DNA of 64,000 bases, from the NCBI RefSeq assembly GCF_006345805.1, contig NC_043003.1:75330001-75394000 (forward strand). The letters are read 5' to 3'. Below the pieces are notes generated by a model. It made no database searches. It saw only the letters and a list, made by a program, of their open reading frames with translations, and was not told where the DNA came from. This stretch comes from Octopus sinensis (Eukaryota). Positions 42,400 to 55,329 of this stretch are shown here, in pieces (positions within the stretch are counted from its first letter, which is position 1; every line of letters begins with the position of its first letter). A program made the position numbers and the translations under genes.

Positions 42400-42760
42400 T
42401 CGAGGTAGGAAAAGATGATTTGAGTCAAGTTATTTTGGAGCATTGGAATATCTGGAGATATATTTAGACCCTCGGATGACGTTGTGGGATATTGGACCAT
42501 ATAAATTGATTGATGAGTGAACTGACAGCACCATCTGAACAAATATCTCAACAATATACGAGCAAAGTGATGAGCAAAATTGTGTCGAGCAGAACCTACT
42601 TTAAAAGGTTAATCTGAGGCGCAGGTGTTGATTCTTCTCCGAAGGCACATCTCTCTACTCCTTACCTGTGTTTAGAAAATACCAATATTTAGTATATGCT
42701 ACCTGGAATTTGTTCCAGCCCTCACTGCTCTATATTACAATGCGTAGATGCAATCTCCAT
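42400..42760 (+). pseudogene. Possible highly decayed LINE RT thumb fragment (clade uncertain)
   Basis: ALEYLEIYLDPRMTLWDI resembles the YLGVxLDxxLT motif; little else supports it. Confidence 0.25.
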
Positions 42761-43419
42761 TTTAGCAATGTATTACTTGATTTGTAAGATGATACCCTCG
42801 GAAAATTACTGGGCATCGATGAGAATAGGAAATCATTAGCATTTCAATGCTGACTTATAACTCCCCACGCACGTCATAGCATCAGGTAGGAATCTCCTAT
42901 ATAAACGCAGATCAAAGAAAGCCTACTCAACGCACGCACTTGAGCATGTTCTAAGTATACCTGACTTTTAAGTTATGTGTAACAGTTAGCGTAGTATATA
43001 GAGTTTTTCGGCAAACAACCATAGACATCATGTAACCACTCATTTTATAAAGCTGGGCAGTCAATTTCAGTGTCTGACGTTTAGTCGAATGTGGTTATCC
43101 AGTGGGTCCGATTAAAAACGATTGAAGGGAGACATCTTGTTTGGGTAATCGACATTTATAAAGCCCACTTGAAAAATAAATTAATACTTCTACAATAGGA
43201 AGTGCTCCTTCTATTGAATATCTTTGAAACGTTGTTGACTGTGGATAATTAGATAGAGTGAATAGAAATACATTATGTATGTGCCTGTATATTGGAGACA
43301 AACAGCTGATATTGGGTATTCCTCCTTTTTCATAAAAATATTCTTGATGTTTCCTGGTTGGCCCTAGCTGGAGGCATTCATGTGACTGTGAGATTACAGC
43401 AAACGTTTTCCCTTCAATT

Positions 43420-43527
43420 ATTTCGGATGTCGATAAATTAAGTACCAATGAAACATTGGGCTTAATGTAATCGATTATTCCCCTCCTCAATAATGCCAAG
43501 TCTTATGTTTATAGTAGAAAGGATTAC
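43420..43527 (+). mobile_element. SINE 3' fragment (CGACCCCGAAAG family)
   Basis: GTCGATAAATTAAGTACCAATGAAACATTGGG..ATGTAATCGA...TATAGTAGAAAGGATT. Confidence 0.65.
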
Positions 43528-43644
43528 GTTTTGTACCACACATTTTATCCCCTTTATTTTTTTATTTATTTATACAAGCTTTTAGATGTGCTGTGAACAG
43601 TCCTCCTATCATAACGCTGATGTAGGAAATAAAACATTTTTATT

Positions 43645-43746
43645 TCTCTTCTTCTTCTTCTTCTTCTTCTTCTTCTTCTTCTTCTTCTTCTTCTTCTTCT
43701 TCTTCTTCTTCTTCTTCTTCTTCTTCTTTTTCTTCTTCTTCTTTTT
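43645..43746. repeat. (TTC)n microsatellite
   Basis: Directly visible. Confidence 0.96.
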
Positions 43747-43748
43747 CT

Positions 43749-44082
43749 AACCCATCCCACTCAAAAGGTCCCTAAATAAGGGTTGTTTAAGGATGTTGAA
43801 CGAAACACACATGTTTCCAGAGGTGAATTATTCAAACCCCCAAAATCCCTCTCAACACATGGCTATGATGCTCCCCCACTACTTCTGCTCATTTTCAGAG
43901 ATGCACATATCATCAGCCACTAAGGGACATGCTCAACTGGTTAAGGTCAAACAACTGACAAGCAAGTCAGAATATTTGCTGTAGCCCATCTTTTATACCA
44001 AGACAAAACAATGTACATTATAACACTTCCAATCAGTTAAGATCAGACCCATGAGAGCCACTGCCTGGTACAGCATCAGGGC
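43749..44082. mobile_element. Partial copy of an unclassified non-coding element, ending at (ATT)n
   Basis: Near-identical to 44324-44673 apart from a short internal deletion; ends GGGC-(ATT)n. Confidence 0.8.
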
Positions 44083-44119
44083 ATTATTATTATTATTAAT
44101 TATTATTATTATTATTATT

Positions 44120-44673
44120 GAGTGAGAGAGCAGTTCATGCCATCAAAGTGACACTGGGGTAAAATATACGAAGCCCAATATACCCATCATGACTACCCGT
44201 CTGATAAGGGCACACCAGGCACATGCATCACAACCATATGTGTGCGACATGGTGATCTCATATCAAGATAAACAGCACATGACCTTGCAGGTGGGGCCCA
44301 GTTAGAATTTTCTTCAGGTTGAGTAGCCCATCCCGCTCAAATGGTCCCTGAATAAGGGTTGTTTAAGGATGTTGAAAGAACCACCCATGTTTCCAGAGGT
44401 GAATTATTCAAACCCCAAAGAATCCCTCTCAACACATGGCTATGATGCTCCCCCACTACTTCTGCTCGTGATCAGAGATGCACACATCGTCAGCCACTAA
44501 GGGACATGCTCAACTGGTTAAGCTCAAACAACTGACAAGCAAATCTGTGGTATTGAGCAGAATATTTGCTGTAGCCCATCTTTTATACCAAGACAAAACA
44601 ATGTACATGATAACACTTCCAATCAGTTAAGATCAGAAGCCATGAGAGCCACTGCCTGGTACTGCATTAGGGC
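44120..44673. mobile_element. Unclassified 554-bp non-coding element inserted within an (ATT)n/(TAA)n tract
   Basis: (ATT)n-GAGTGAGAGAG...GGGC-(ATT)n; duplicated locally; no Pol III boxes or long ORF recognised. Confidence 0.75.
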
Positions 44674-44686
44674 ATTATTATTATTA

Positions 44687-44749
<63 letters not shown>

Positions 44750-44755
44750 GTTATT

Positions 44756-44972
44756 CAGTAGTTTTATTTTTATAGCGTGCTTTCACTTCACTACCGAGCG
44801 CAGCTCTGTGTGCCTTGGGTATGTGCTGTGATTTGTTGTGATGCTCTGGTGGTTATTGTATGGAAAGTGTTCTGCGTAGGATGTGTGCAGTGCCTAGTAG
44901 TACAATTTTCTGTATGTTATATGTCTTTGTAAGTCCTGGTGTTTTTGTTATGTATTTGTCTGAATATTTTTT
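44756..44972 (-). mobile_element. Short R4/Dong-like 3' end, flanked by (TAA)n on both sides
   Basis: Near-identical to the 3' end of 57447-57963 (…IVLLGTAHILRRTLSIQ*, 3' UTR ending AAATAAAACTACTG). Confidence 0.9.
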
Positions 44973-45005
44973 TTATTATTATTATTATTATTATCATTAT
45001 TATTA

Positions 45006-45069
<64 letters not shown>

Positions 45070-45080
45070 CATCATTATTA

Positions 45081-45480
45081 TACACTCAATAGACTTGACT
45101 TTTGGAAAATTAAAGAATGCTGACATCGGACTACAATAATTTGCCTTAGATGCCAAGAATCCTCCTAAGTATCCTAGCTGCCCCTAATAACTCTGTTTTC
45201 TGCAGCTGTACTTAATGCCTATTTCCTGTATCTATCTGCTCATATCTTTAGGGATATTTCCGAATGCACCTATAACTGCTGGAATACATTTTGCTCGCAC
45301 ATTCCATGGTCTCTGTAATTCAATAGCTAGGTCCTGCTGCTTTGCTATTTTGCCTATAGTTCTCATATTCATTTTTTTTCATCATTTGGAAGTCTAAGGT
45401 CAATTATCTGGCACTTTCTATTCTCTTCATCTACTACTACCAGGCATGGCCTTCTAGATTCTATTACCCTGTCAGTCTGA
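45081..45480 (-). mobile_element. R4/Dong-like 3' fragment (RLE domain)
   Basis: QTDRVIESRRPCLVVVDEENRKCQIIDLRLPNDEK (ORF 45369-45869), followed by the 3' UTR and (TAA)n. Confidence 0.82.
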
Positions 45481-45489
45481 TTTATTATT

Positions 45490-45502
45490 AGTATTATCAT
45501 TT

Positions 45503-45551
<49 letters not shown>

Positions 45552-45698
45552 TAGTAGTAGTAGTAATAGTAGTAGTGGTGGTGGTGGTGGTGGTGGTAGT
45601 GGTGGTAGTGGTGGTGGTGGTGGTGGAGGTGGTGGTGGTTGTGGTGGTGGTGGTGGTAGTGGTGGTGGTGGTGGTGGAGGTGGTGGTGGTTGTGGTGT

Positions 45699-45744
<46 letters not shown>

Positions 45745-45765
45745 TGTAGCAGTAGTAGTAGTGCA
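45490..45765. repeat. Compound (AGT)n(GGT)n(AGT)n
   Basis: Directly visible. Confidence 0.95.
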
Positions 45766-46889
45766 AATAATGTATATGCGTTTTCAATTTTCTGTGTTGA
45801 TATTTGAACTCTAGGATGAGAGAATAAATCACGTGTATGAACTGAAGTTGATTGAATTGACTGTTGCATTCCACTAAGCGATATGTCATTTTGTACTGCA
45901 ATAACTCAATGTAATTCTTTCCTTGAAATGTTGTAATGTAGGACAGTAGCGATTGTCTTCTATTAATATATTGATCTTCAAGTATCCTTTAGACTTTAGT
46001 TGCACGAGAATGTTAATTGAAATATAGTAATTGAAAGCGGTGTATTGTCTTTCGCAATCGGAAATATAATATCGTAGTATGAGTACATATAAGATTAATA
46101 AGAATAGCAGTGACTTTTGTAAAACATACAATCTAGTGAAAATCCGCTGTTCTCTAGATGGGATTGTTCAGCATGTTAGGAATAAAATGCAAAATTCCCT
46201 CAACTAACAACTACTTGTTCACAGGCCTTAAAAGACGGAATTGTCAAGATCGAAATAGTTTCATTTTACGTGTCTTCCTTGAGAAGTAATTTACAACAAG
46301 CACATGAACACCTGTCTTTGATTCCATTCCCTTACAAAGAGGAACCAGAATTAAAATGATGTTCGTGTGCGGCAAGTATGCATGTGGGCAGCTGCATCAA
46401 AATATTCACAAAATAATACTTTGTCAAATTTTGAAGCATATTAATCAATGCATGGCTGGAAAAATAATATATCAATTCCTTTCACAGATCTGTTAGATCA
46501 CGACTGAAGTATGTTTCATCAACGTTAGATGTATTTCGTCATATTTTCATCTCATATCGTCCCTGTAGTTAGGTTACAGCTGCATACGCATGCTCCATGA
46601 ATATGATTATGAATAAACAATCTTGTTAACGGCTGAGACTTATTAATTGACGGCCGCCTTGGGAAGATAAAAATTCTGTTATAACATATCATTAACCTTC
46701 GCTAGGTTGTAATTTCAATGAAAGTCACGTCACTTTCTGAAGATAATTAACTAAATCTCATAAGAAGTTTTACAGAAAGTAATGCAAAATTTGGAATAAA
46801 ATTCTAAACTGACATACGTTGTTCGGACTATGCATTACAAGTAGTTAGTATAACTCACCTTTCGGATAATGGTACGTGTCAACATAGTT

Positions 46890-47100
46890 CTCATTGCAAG
46901 TGATGTATTCCACCTATTCCTGGATCATCTTTGAAAAAATTAAATGTACACTGTTTATAGCTGTTTTCAGCACATCTTTATCATGAAATCGTTCTCCCCG
47001 AAGATTTTAGAGACAGTTGACTAACAGAAAGTACACACTCTGGCTTGAACTGTGACTGGACGTACACTGACCAACCAAATTTGTTGATTTCCTAATCTTC
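46890..47100 (-). pseudogene. Possible mariner transposase C-terminal remnant
   Basis: Minus strand LRGERFHDKDVLKTAIN...GIHHL resembles the mariner C-terminus; heavily decayed. Confidence 0.3.
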
Positions 47101-50100
47101 ATGAACATAAAGCATCGTTCTCTATGCGGATCGGTTATAGATTCTTCTTCGATGTCTTTCACTAAATGGCTTCTCTGATCTTCCTGAGTGTCTTGATACA
47201 ACTTTCGCTATTCAGGGCAAAATAACGTTCCAAAAACTGGTGCCGATCATTAGGCATGAAATTCTTAGGTCATGGAGAAGTATGGAATTGTTTTCTGATC
47301 ATAATCACATGCTCACGTTTTATCAGCGGTCACCAGATAAAACGGGAAAATAGTTATTTCAATTGGCGTCAGAAGATTCCAGCTGATAAGTTAGTCTTTC
47401 GCACTTCATACTTCGAAAAAGGGATGAATTACCGTCTTACCTACGTTATTAACACTTTATGATTTTAAGATTTTCTATAATGCAAATTTACCACAGACCG
47501 ACAGACTAAGGCAGATCACGTTTTGCTTTTCACTAATCAAAGTGAATCAAATCGTCCACTCGCTACTACTTAGTGTTTGTGGTGTCACTTGAAAATCTAC
47601 TTTTGTGCAGATATTCCTCAATACCAGTCTCACCTACTTGAGACTTTTTAATTTCTCTGTGCATACTACGGTTTTCTGTATTTCTTTTCCAAACATGACT
47701 TGAAAACTTCTGAAGACGTCAGTGAGCTCTGGTAACCTATCTGACTCCAGAACTCAATTACAGCATGTTGCTGTATAGAACCATTTAATGGACTCATCTG
47801 AAGACGGTAAAAAAGCATTGTTACTGTAAATGAAGATTTACTCTATCAACGTGCGCTGTTTGATGGGTCTGTTGCACCTAACGTAATATATATTCCCACC
47901 CTTTAATTACTTACACTCACCCCTTATATTAGACAAAAAATTTTTAACATACTTTGGGACAGTATAGTTGCCACGAGGAACACCATAAATTATTATTATC
48001 GATGTAATTTATGCAAATTAATCAAAAATAACACTCCGTATTCATTAATAATTAAAAACAAATCTTAAATGTATGACAATATATAAATTTATGACAATTC
48101 AGTAGACACAGGTCCAGGGAAATGAATACTGAGAACAGATATTGCATCCCGTTGACCAAACAACGTTACTGAAGATTTTATACAGCCTGAAATCAACTAT
48201 GTAAACATATCATAAAGTTACATTTAACGCATTATTCAAATGTGAATCAGTGTCACAAAATTACATAGTTTTGAATGGCCATCAAGATTCAGTACATAAT
48301 GGAACAACACATTTGACATAAACATCAATAGAAGCAGTAAAGAGAGATCATATAAATTTTATTGCACCCGTTGAACGAATTACACGCTTTGATGGAACAT
48401 CCCAAGACATACATTTTCATTTATTGATAGCGTAAATTGAAAAGTATGAAAACTACATGAAAAATTGTCTTCATCATTTTTATCAAAATTTTCTCTTAAA
48501 TTTAGCTTTATTGTGCAGCATTAGTATGACCATATTTTGACCGACTCACACACCTATCATAGTCCTTTTGATTTTTCAGTAGTAACACTTTTGATTCTTG
48601 TGAAGGTTTAAAATTTTATGAAATTTGGTGATATGATGAATCGCTCAATCACCGATATTCTTTTCATTCCTGGTTCAGAGGCGTTAAATGTAATTTACTT
48701 TAGGGTTCTACAGACACTTGAGAATATATAGGTGTCAGATAACTTGCCAGAAAACTTGCACAAAACATACTTAGTACAAGATAATTTGTTAATTGGAAAA
48801 CTCAGTAATGCTTAAACAGTTCATCGCAGTTTTTCTGTTTTCCACATAATCTGTATGTCAGGTTTATGTCCGTATATATAAGCAAAATGTGTGGTACACA
48901 TACATATACAGACCCAGAGGCACACACAGAGAGGCACATACACACACAGAGTCATATACACACACAGAGACACATACACACACAGAGGCACATACACTCA
49001 CACACAAATCACATACACACATAACACAAACATACACATGATATTAACCTGAATACTGAAAACGTTTTTGGTCTATTATTTGTAATGCACGGCATATAAG
49101 ACACTTAGGAGATTGGTATTCTAGTTAATCATGATACTTATAAAGAGGTACTATTACAATTAATAATTTGAGTAGAATCATTGTGAAAATACTTTTATCT
49201 TTATTACGCGCAGTTGAATGGAGGGGTTGCTAAATCTGTTGAACGTTTGATCTCAGAAGTTCACCGCCATGCCATTGTTCATCAATGTCTACAAACATCG
49301 AGGAACCTCAATTCCAATCCTCTCTATATAATTATTTTATTTATATATTTTCTTTGCAAGAAAATCTTTCTATAGTTTTATATATTGGTATTTCTTTTAT
49401 CAATAGTTTCGAATCTCCATCATTTTGAAAGGAAATTGGATACAATCCCCAACTTCTCCACAACTTTCTTCTGTCTGAGACATCTATAACTCCATTAGAT
49501 ATTAACTGATAATCGCATTAGTATAATTGATTGATGCAATTTTAAGGAAATTAAAGTTATCTTCCTGGATGTTTAGGAATGCATCACTTCGTGAGCTATA
49601 TAACAAAGGCATGACAATTATATATTGCCACACCATACATTGAACGGAATTAGGATTTTTTCCATGATAATTATAGTGTCTTTACTGAGAATGCAAGTAT
49701 TTTGCCAGGCATGATCACATAAATTGGAAAGAAAGATTATTTTAAATTTGTAATCATAAATATCTTTTCGATAAAGCCAGATTTCAATGACGAACGTTAT
49801 ATCCAGGTTTCAGTAATTACAATACATCAACAATAATCGTTTAATGCAACATTTTCCTACATTGCAATTAAGTTTTCCAATTTAACGTTATTACAGTTAA
49901 AATAAGACCATTGTAAACGACGAATTCTTCTCATTATGGAATGTTGATAAGAATTTCAACGAATGACACAATTAGTATAATAGCTTTTAAAATGCTTTCT
50001 AATATTTGTTTTCGGTTGTTACTTTCCTGAGTTCAATTGAAGCTAAAGTCCTCTTTGGAAGAATATTTGCACAGAAATGATGTAACCACTGAAAGGTAAG

Positions 50101-50244
50101 TACTACCCACGATGTATTTGGTCAAGAAATAAATTATGCTCATTCTCATCGTTCTTTAATCCTTCTTTTTTCTTTTTCTCCCATGCTCCTATCTTTCTTT
50201 CTAACCTCCTTCCTTTCATTCTTTCTTTTTTCTCTTCTTTCTGT

Positions 50245-50347
50245 CATCTTCCTTTTCTTCTTCTTCTTCTTCTTCTTCTTCTTCTTCTTCTTCTTCTTCT
50301 TCTTCTTCTTCTTCTTCTTCTTCTTTTTCTTCTTATTTTTCTAGTAT

Positions 50348-50395
<48 letters not shown>

Positions 50396-50535
50396 CACCA
50401 CCACTACTACTACTATTAATACTACTACTACTAATACTAATACTACTACTACAACTACTACTACTACTGCTGCTGCTACTGCTGCTTCTACCTCTACTAC
50501 TACTACTACTACTACACATGATGATGATGATGGTG
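50245..50535. repeat. Compound (TTC)n(ACT)n(ACC)n(ACT)n(GAT)n
   Basis: Directly visible. Confidence 0.93.
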
Positions 50536-50689
50536 AAGTTTCCTGTAGGAGACGCCGTGTAAGAGTTCAGATTCTGCCGAATGATCTGCAAAATTTATTT
50601 GCTTATAGTAATCAAATGCTTGCGCCTCACATTAACTCACACCCTTCATCAACTCAGCTTGGTCTGAACAAGTGCACTGTTCAGAGGAA

Positions 50690-50894
50690 AAAGAAGAAGA
50701 GGAAGAAGAAGGAGAGTGAGAAGAAGAAGAAGAAGAAGAAGAAGAAGAAGAAGAAGAAGAAGACGAAGAAGAAGAAAAAGAAACAGATGAAGAAGAAGAA
50801 GAAGAAGAAGACGAAGAAGAAGGAGGAGGAGGAGGAGGAAGAGAAGAAAAAGTAACTGAAGAAGAAGAAGAAGAAGAAGAAGAAGAAGAAGAAA
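50690..50894. repeat. (AAG)n/(GAG)n purine tract
   Basis: Directly visible. Confidence 0.95.
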
Positions 50895-51395
50895 GGAATT
50901 CAATATGATTGGAGGACAACCTCCATAGATCAGGACTAGCAAGATTAATAATGACGGAAAAGGGTTAATATTAGTAGAAGACTGCATGGAGTTAGAGTAG
51001 ATATAAACCCCTAGGGAAGTAATAGTGAAGAGAGTTTATTAAAAGTTGCTAAGGTCACGGCGAGACATATAGAAACAAAAAACACAAACGAAACTAAAAT
51101 CTAGAAAAAAGAACAGAAGTAATGTGACTGGCAGTAGAAGGCTTTGCTTGGTAGATTCCTAAATACAATTACAGCAACAAATAGTAGTGAGGTATGGCTA
51201 CGTTTGCAGAAAGGAATGCTGGAAAAGGAGATCGGTTAGTAGCTGCAGATGATCAAGCAGTAAGGACTAATTGCATAGAGGAAAAGATTATTTGAACAGA
51301 TCGTTAGAGGAAATAGACATAAAAACCAGTTCATTACAGCTCCTGGAAACAGTATTATTAGGGACAGCTAAGATACTCAGGATGGTTTTTGGCAT
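50895..51395 (+). mobile_element. Internally deleted R4/Dong-like copy
   Basis: VAADDQAVRTNCIEEK joined directly to LNRSLEEIDIK..LQLLETVLLGTAKILRMVFGM*. Confidence 0.7.
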
Positions 51396-51399
51396 GTAA

Positions 51400-53272
51400 T
51401 GTTACAGTCAAAGAACAAAAAAGTTGCAGAAAGAAGGCGATAGGACTACACGGTCCATTATTTATAGACAAAATCAGTTCCAAATGAAGTAAAAGCTAAA
51501 AAGAAAACTCTAACAATAGCGTCGATAGATTATAGGAAAGCCTATGTCATCATCCTACACACACATGGATAAGTGAATGTCTGAGTATATTCAGCATAGC
51601 AGACAACATAAGGCAATTAATTAGCTTTAGCATGAAGAAATGGAAAGTAAACATCCACTTACGTGACAGACTTTTAACGAAAGTTAATATCAAAAGAGTA
51701 ATTCCCCAGAGAGACACGCTGTCCCTTTTAATATTAGACTTACGCTTGATCCACCGCCGTTTAGTATTAAGGAAGGCATAAATAGATTCCCAGTTCAGAA
51801 ATAGTTAGGGAAAAGTTAACCATTTACTCTATGTAGATGATCTAAAGCTTTTTAGTAAAAATGAAAAAGAGATGGGTTCCTTAATACAGACTAAAACTAT
51901 TCAGCAAAGATAGAGATATGGTATGTGACATAGATAAATGTGCAATATTAGCCATGCAAAGGGTACAGGTAGACAACGGATGCCCAGACTTTAAAATCAT
52001 TGAAATAAGGAGAGCATTATAAGTATGTAGGAGTATTAGAATCTGAGAGAGTTCTAACTATAGAAACGAAAATGAATATTTAGAAGAAGCACATCAGAAA
52101 CGCGAGGAAACTAATGAAAGGAAATCTAAATGGTCTGAATCTAGTGAAGGCTGTAAATACCTGGGCAGCGTTATTGCTTGAATACTCAGCAGCTTTTGTA
52201 GATGGACGAAAACTGAATTAGATAAACTAGAAAGAACTAGAAATGAATTCAATATGAATGGAGCACTTCACCCAAGAACAGGAATAGCAAGATTATACTT
52301 ACCTAGAAAGGAAGGCGGAAGAAGGTTAATATCAACTGAAGCCTGCGTAGAGTTAGCTAGAGTAGATATAGATTCCTATGTAATTAATAGCGGAGAAACT
52401 TTATTCAAATCTGCTAGAGTCACAGCGAGGCATCGGGACACCAAAAACCCAAACGAAGTTAAAAATAAAAAAAAACAGAAAAAAGAACAGAAATTATGTG
52501 GCTGGCAGAAGGTATTGAATAGTAGATTCCTAAAGATATTTTCAGCAAATAATAGTGAGACATGGCTATGGTTGCAGAAAAGGAAACCTGGAGACAGAAA
52601 GTTTGTTGGTTGGTCTAATTGGATTAAAAGCCAAGATAGACAAAAACTAAGAAGATTCCCAAAATAAGTTATGCAAATAAAAGTGGAAAGTGTTACACAT
52701 ATAGTAAGTGCACATAGCATGCTGGAAAAGAAAGAATACTCGTGACAACCAAGGGAGAGTAATCTACTGAGAGTTATGCAGAAGGCTAGGATTTGAAGAT
52801 ACTGATAAATGGTATGAACATTAGTATGAACCTAGTAAAGTAATAGAAACTAAAAAGTACATGATGTTATGGGACTTTAACATTCAGACTGGCAGTGTAA
52901 TAGAAGCTATGTCTGATTTAGAAATACTAGATAAAGAAAATAGAAAGTCCGAGTTAATTGACTTTACAGACACAAATGATGGAAAAGTTAATATGAGCGA
53001 TAGAATTACAGAGGCTATCGGAAATGCGGGTCAAATGTATCGCACTAGTTATAGGTGCTTTGAGAAGTATCCCTAAGGATCTGAACAGATGGATAGAGGA
53101 AATAGGCATAAAACCCAGTTTAGTACAGCTCCAGAAAACATTGTTATAAGGGAGAGCTAGAATACTTTGGAAGGTTCTTGGTATCTAAGTTTACTCGTTA
53201 TAGGCCGATGTTAGGATTTGTTTTTAATTTTCTAACAGTCTAATCTATTGTGCGTATATGAAAAATATTTGA
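51400..53272 (+). mobile_element. R4/Dong-like retrotransposon, decayed (RT plus RLE)
   Basis: EQKSCRK, SIDYRKAY, PQRDTLS, LYVDDLKL, MNGALHPRTGIARLYLPRKEGGRRL (ORF 52254-52667), MLWDFNIQT (ORF 52861-53076), LQKTLL. A short TAA tail follows. Confidence 0.88.
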
Positions 53273-53341
53273 TAATAATAATACTGCTGCTGCGTCTACA
53301 CAGCAGCAGCAGCAACAACAACAACAACAACTACTACTACA

Positions 53342-53431
<90 letters not shown>

Positions 53432-53432
53432 G
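53273..53432. repeat. Compound (AAT)(CTG/CAG)(CAA)(CTA)n
   Basis: Directly visible. Confidence 0.93.
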
Positions 53433-55329
53433 CCTTCGTATTAATCGACATCAACGCCTTCCTAGTTCCATTGTGCTTTCAAGTGCAATTAACGAAAGAC
53501 TGAATTAATAACATGGCAATATATGAGAAGGAAATATTACATTAATGTATGACCTACCAAAAAGCTGAATATAGATCTGCTAAGAAGGGTAAGAAATATG
53601 GTTTAATAACTTGGCTTTTCGTATTATGAGAAGTACGAGATGCAATTATGGATGCTTCGGCCTTACTTTGACCTCAAAGGTGAAGCATAGTATTTTGTTA
53701 CTTGGCGAAATATGGTAATTGAAACCGCAATAATTCACTATTTCTTGATAAATCCGTATACAAAAGCGGAAATTCCTCTTATAAATTGCAGTCCCGTTTA
53801 GGAGATATGATTCTTTTAAATTTAGAAAACATCTATATATAAAGCATAATTAATTTCCAGTTTCGCTTCGATCAAACGTGCATAATGTTTCCATTTCTAG
53901 TCTGTTCTTGGAAATTTACTCTTCCTCTGCGCTATTCTATTTCAAAAGAATTTTGAAAAGAGGAGAAATATATAATTACGAAGACGCGCTGAAACTTTCC
54001 TGGCTTTGGGTTTAAAAAATACAGGAGGATCAGTTAATTATGATTTTATAAAACATTTCCCCCTCTCAGACTCAAACACTTATTGAACGGCTCCTTCATA
54101 TTTTCCAAACAATATAAAAGAGCTCGGAATATTCGTCCTCCAGCATGGCCTTTCACGATACAGGAATGTTTCAGTACAGCCTGGTAGATGCGTTGCTCTC
54201 TTAGTTGTAGTGATGATACACTTTTATAGTATCATAACAAACTGTAGTGTAATAGCTGACCAGAAAATACAGTAGTCTACTGCTATGTTTATATTTCAAA
54301 ACATCAACAAGTCACATTTTCACTCGGAACGGATCAAATGAGGAGCTTTCGATAGAATTGACGTTTTGTATCCAAACCGTTTATAAATTTGCTAATGTAT
54401 CGGAAAACATGTATCTAAACCAAAAAGATGTATTTTGCACGGTGAGGACAGTATTGGCGAATCTTTAATAAAAGTCGATAAAGATTATTAAAGATGTTTC
54501 GTGGACAAATTGAAGCTTCATGAACATGCATCATTAAGTAGACCAATGCAAGACTATTCATTTATTTAGATACAGTTTGCAAACAGACAGGTGCATCAAA
54601 TACATTCAGATGTATCGCTTCAAAGCAAAGGAAATAGTAATTTCATGAGATGAATATACACAAATAGAGAGAGAAAATGTGTGGTTGTATAATGTCACAA
54701 ACTAAGAAATACATAGATTCTGTACACTTGTTTCATGAAAATTTATGTATAACATACTATATACATACTAATACGATTCAGGCGAGACATAACTATATCA
54801 TCTTAGACTGAAGACTATTGTATGCTGTAAGCAAAACAATAGCTGCATATGTCAATGTCCATGTATGCATTGTACATATGCGCTCACACAAACACATGTA
54901 TGCATTTAATTATGTATGGATACTTATATACATATATGTGTATGTGTATGTGAGTGTGTAGTTATATGAAGATAGATTGATATTTAAATATATAGTTATA
55001 AAAATATATTTATAATTAAAGGTGCTCGAGTGCCAACACCTACACCCCAGATGTAGATGTCAAATGTCTACATGCGAGCCAATTGGCAAGAAGATTTACA
55101 AACATTTCGGACGACCTGATATCTTAAGATTTTGTGTTATGTAATAAAAATTACTTTACACTATTCAGCAGAGACACACCGACAATATATAACCGAGAAA
55201 TAAATACACATATTGATAAATTTCGGCGTACAGATACTAATATATACATGCATTTCCCGCATATACATTATATCTAATCGCCCATCTCAATAATGCGTTT
55301 AATGTCAGAAATCTTTCCGGGGTGACTAT

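Noticed and set aside
44600-44673. HDV-like ribozyme fold at the minus-strand 5' end of the 554-bp element
   Set aside because: Partial P2/P3-like pairings exist (CAGT/ACTG, GGC/GCT), but I found no convincing P1, no P1.1 GG and no catalytic J4/2 placement.
49550-49750. Minus-strand NVWCG-like motif of Tc1/mariner-type transposases
   Set aside because: A single short motif with no supporting catalytic residues or TIRs.
50075-50095. Possible 21-nt micro-exon (CAG|...AAG|GTAAGT), plus other isolated GTAAG donor-like sites
   Set aside because: The polypyrimidine tract is weak and there are no partner exons or recognisable protein; it needs RNA-seq.
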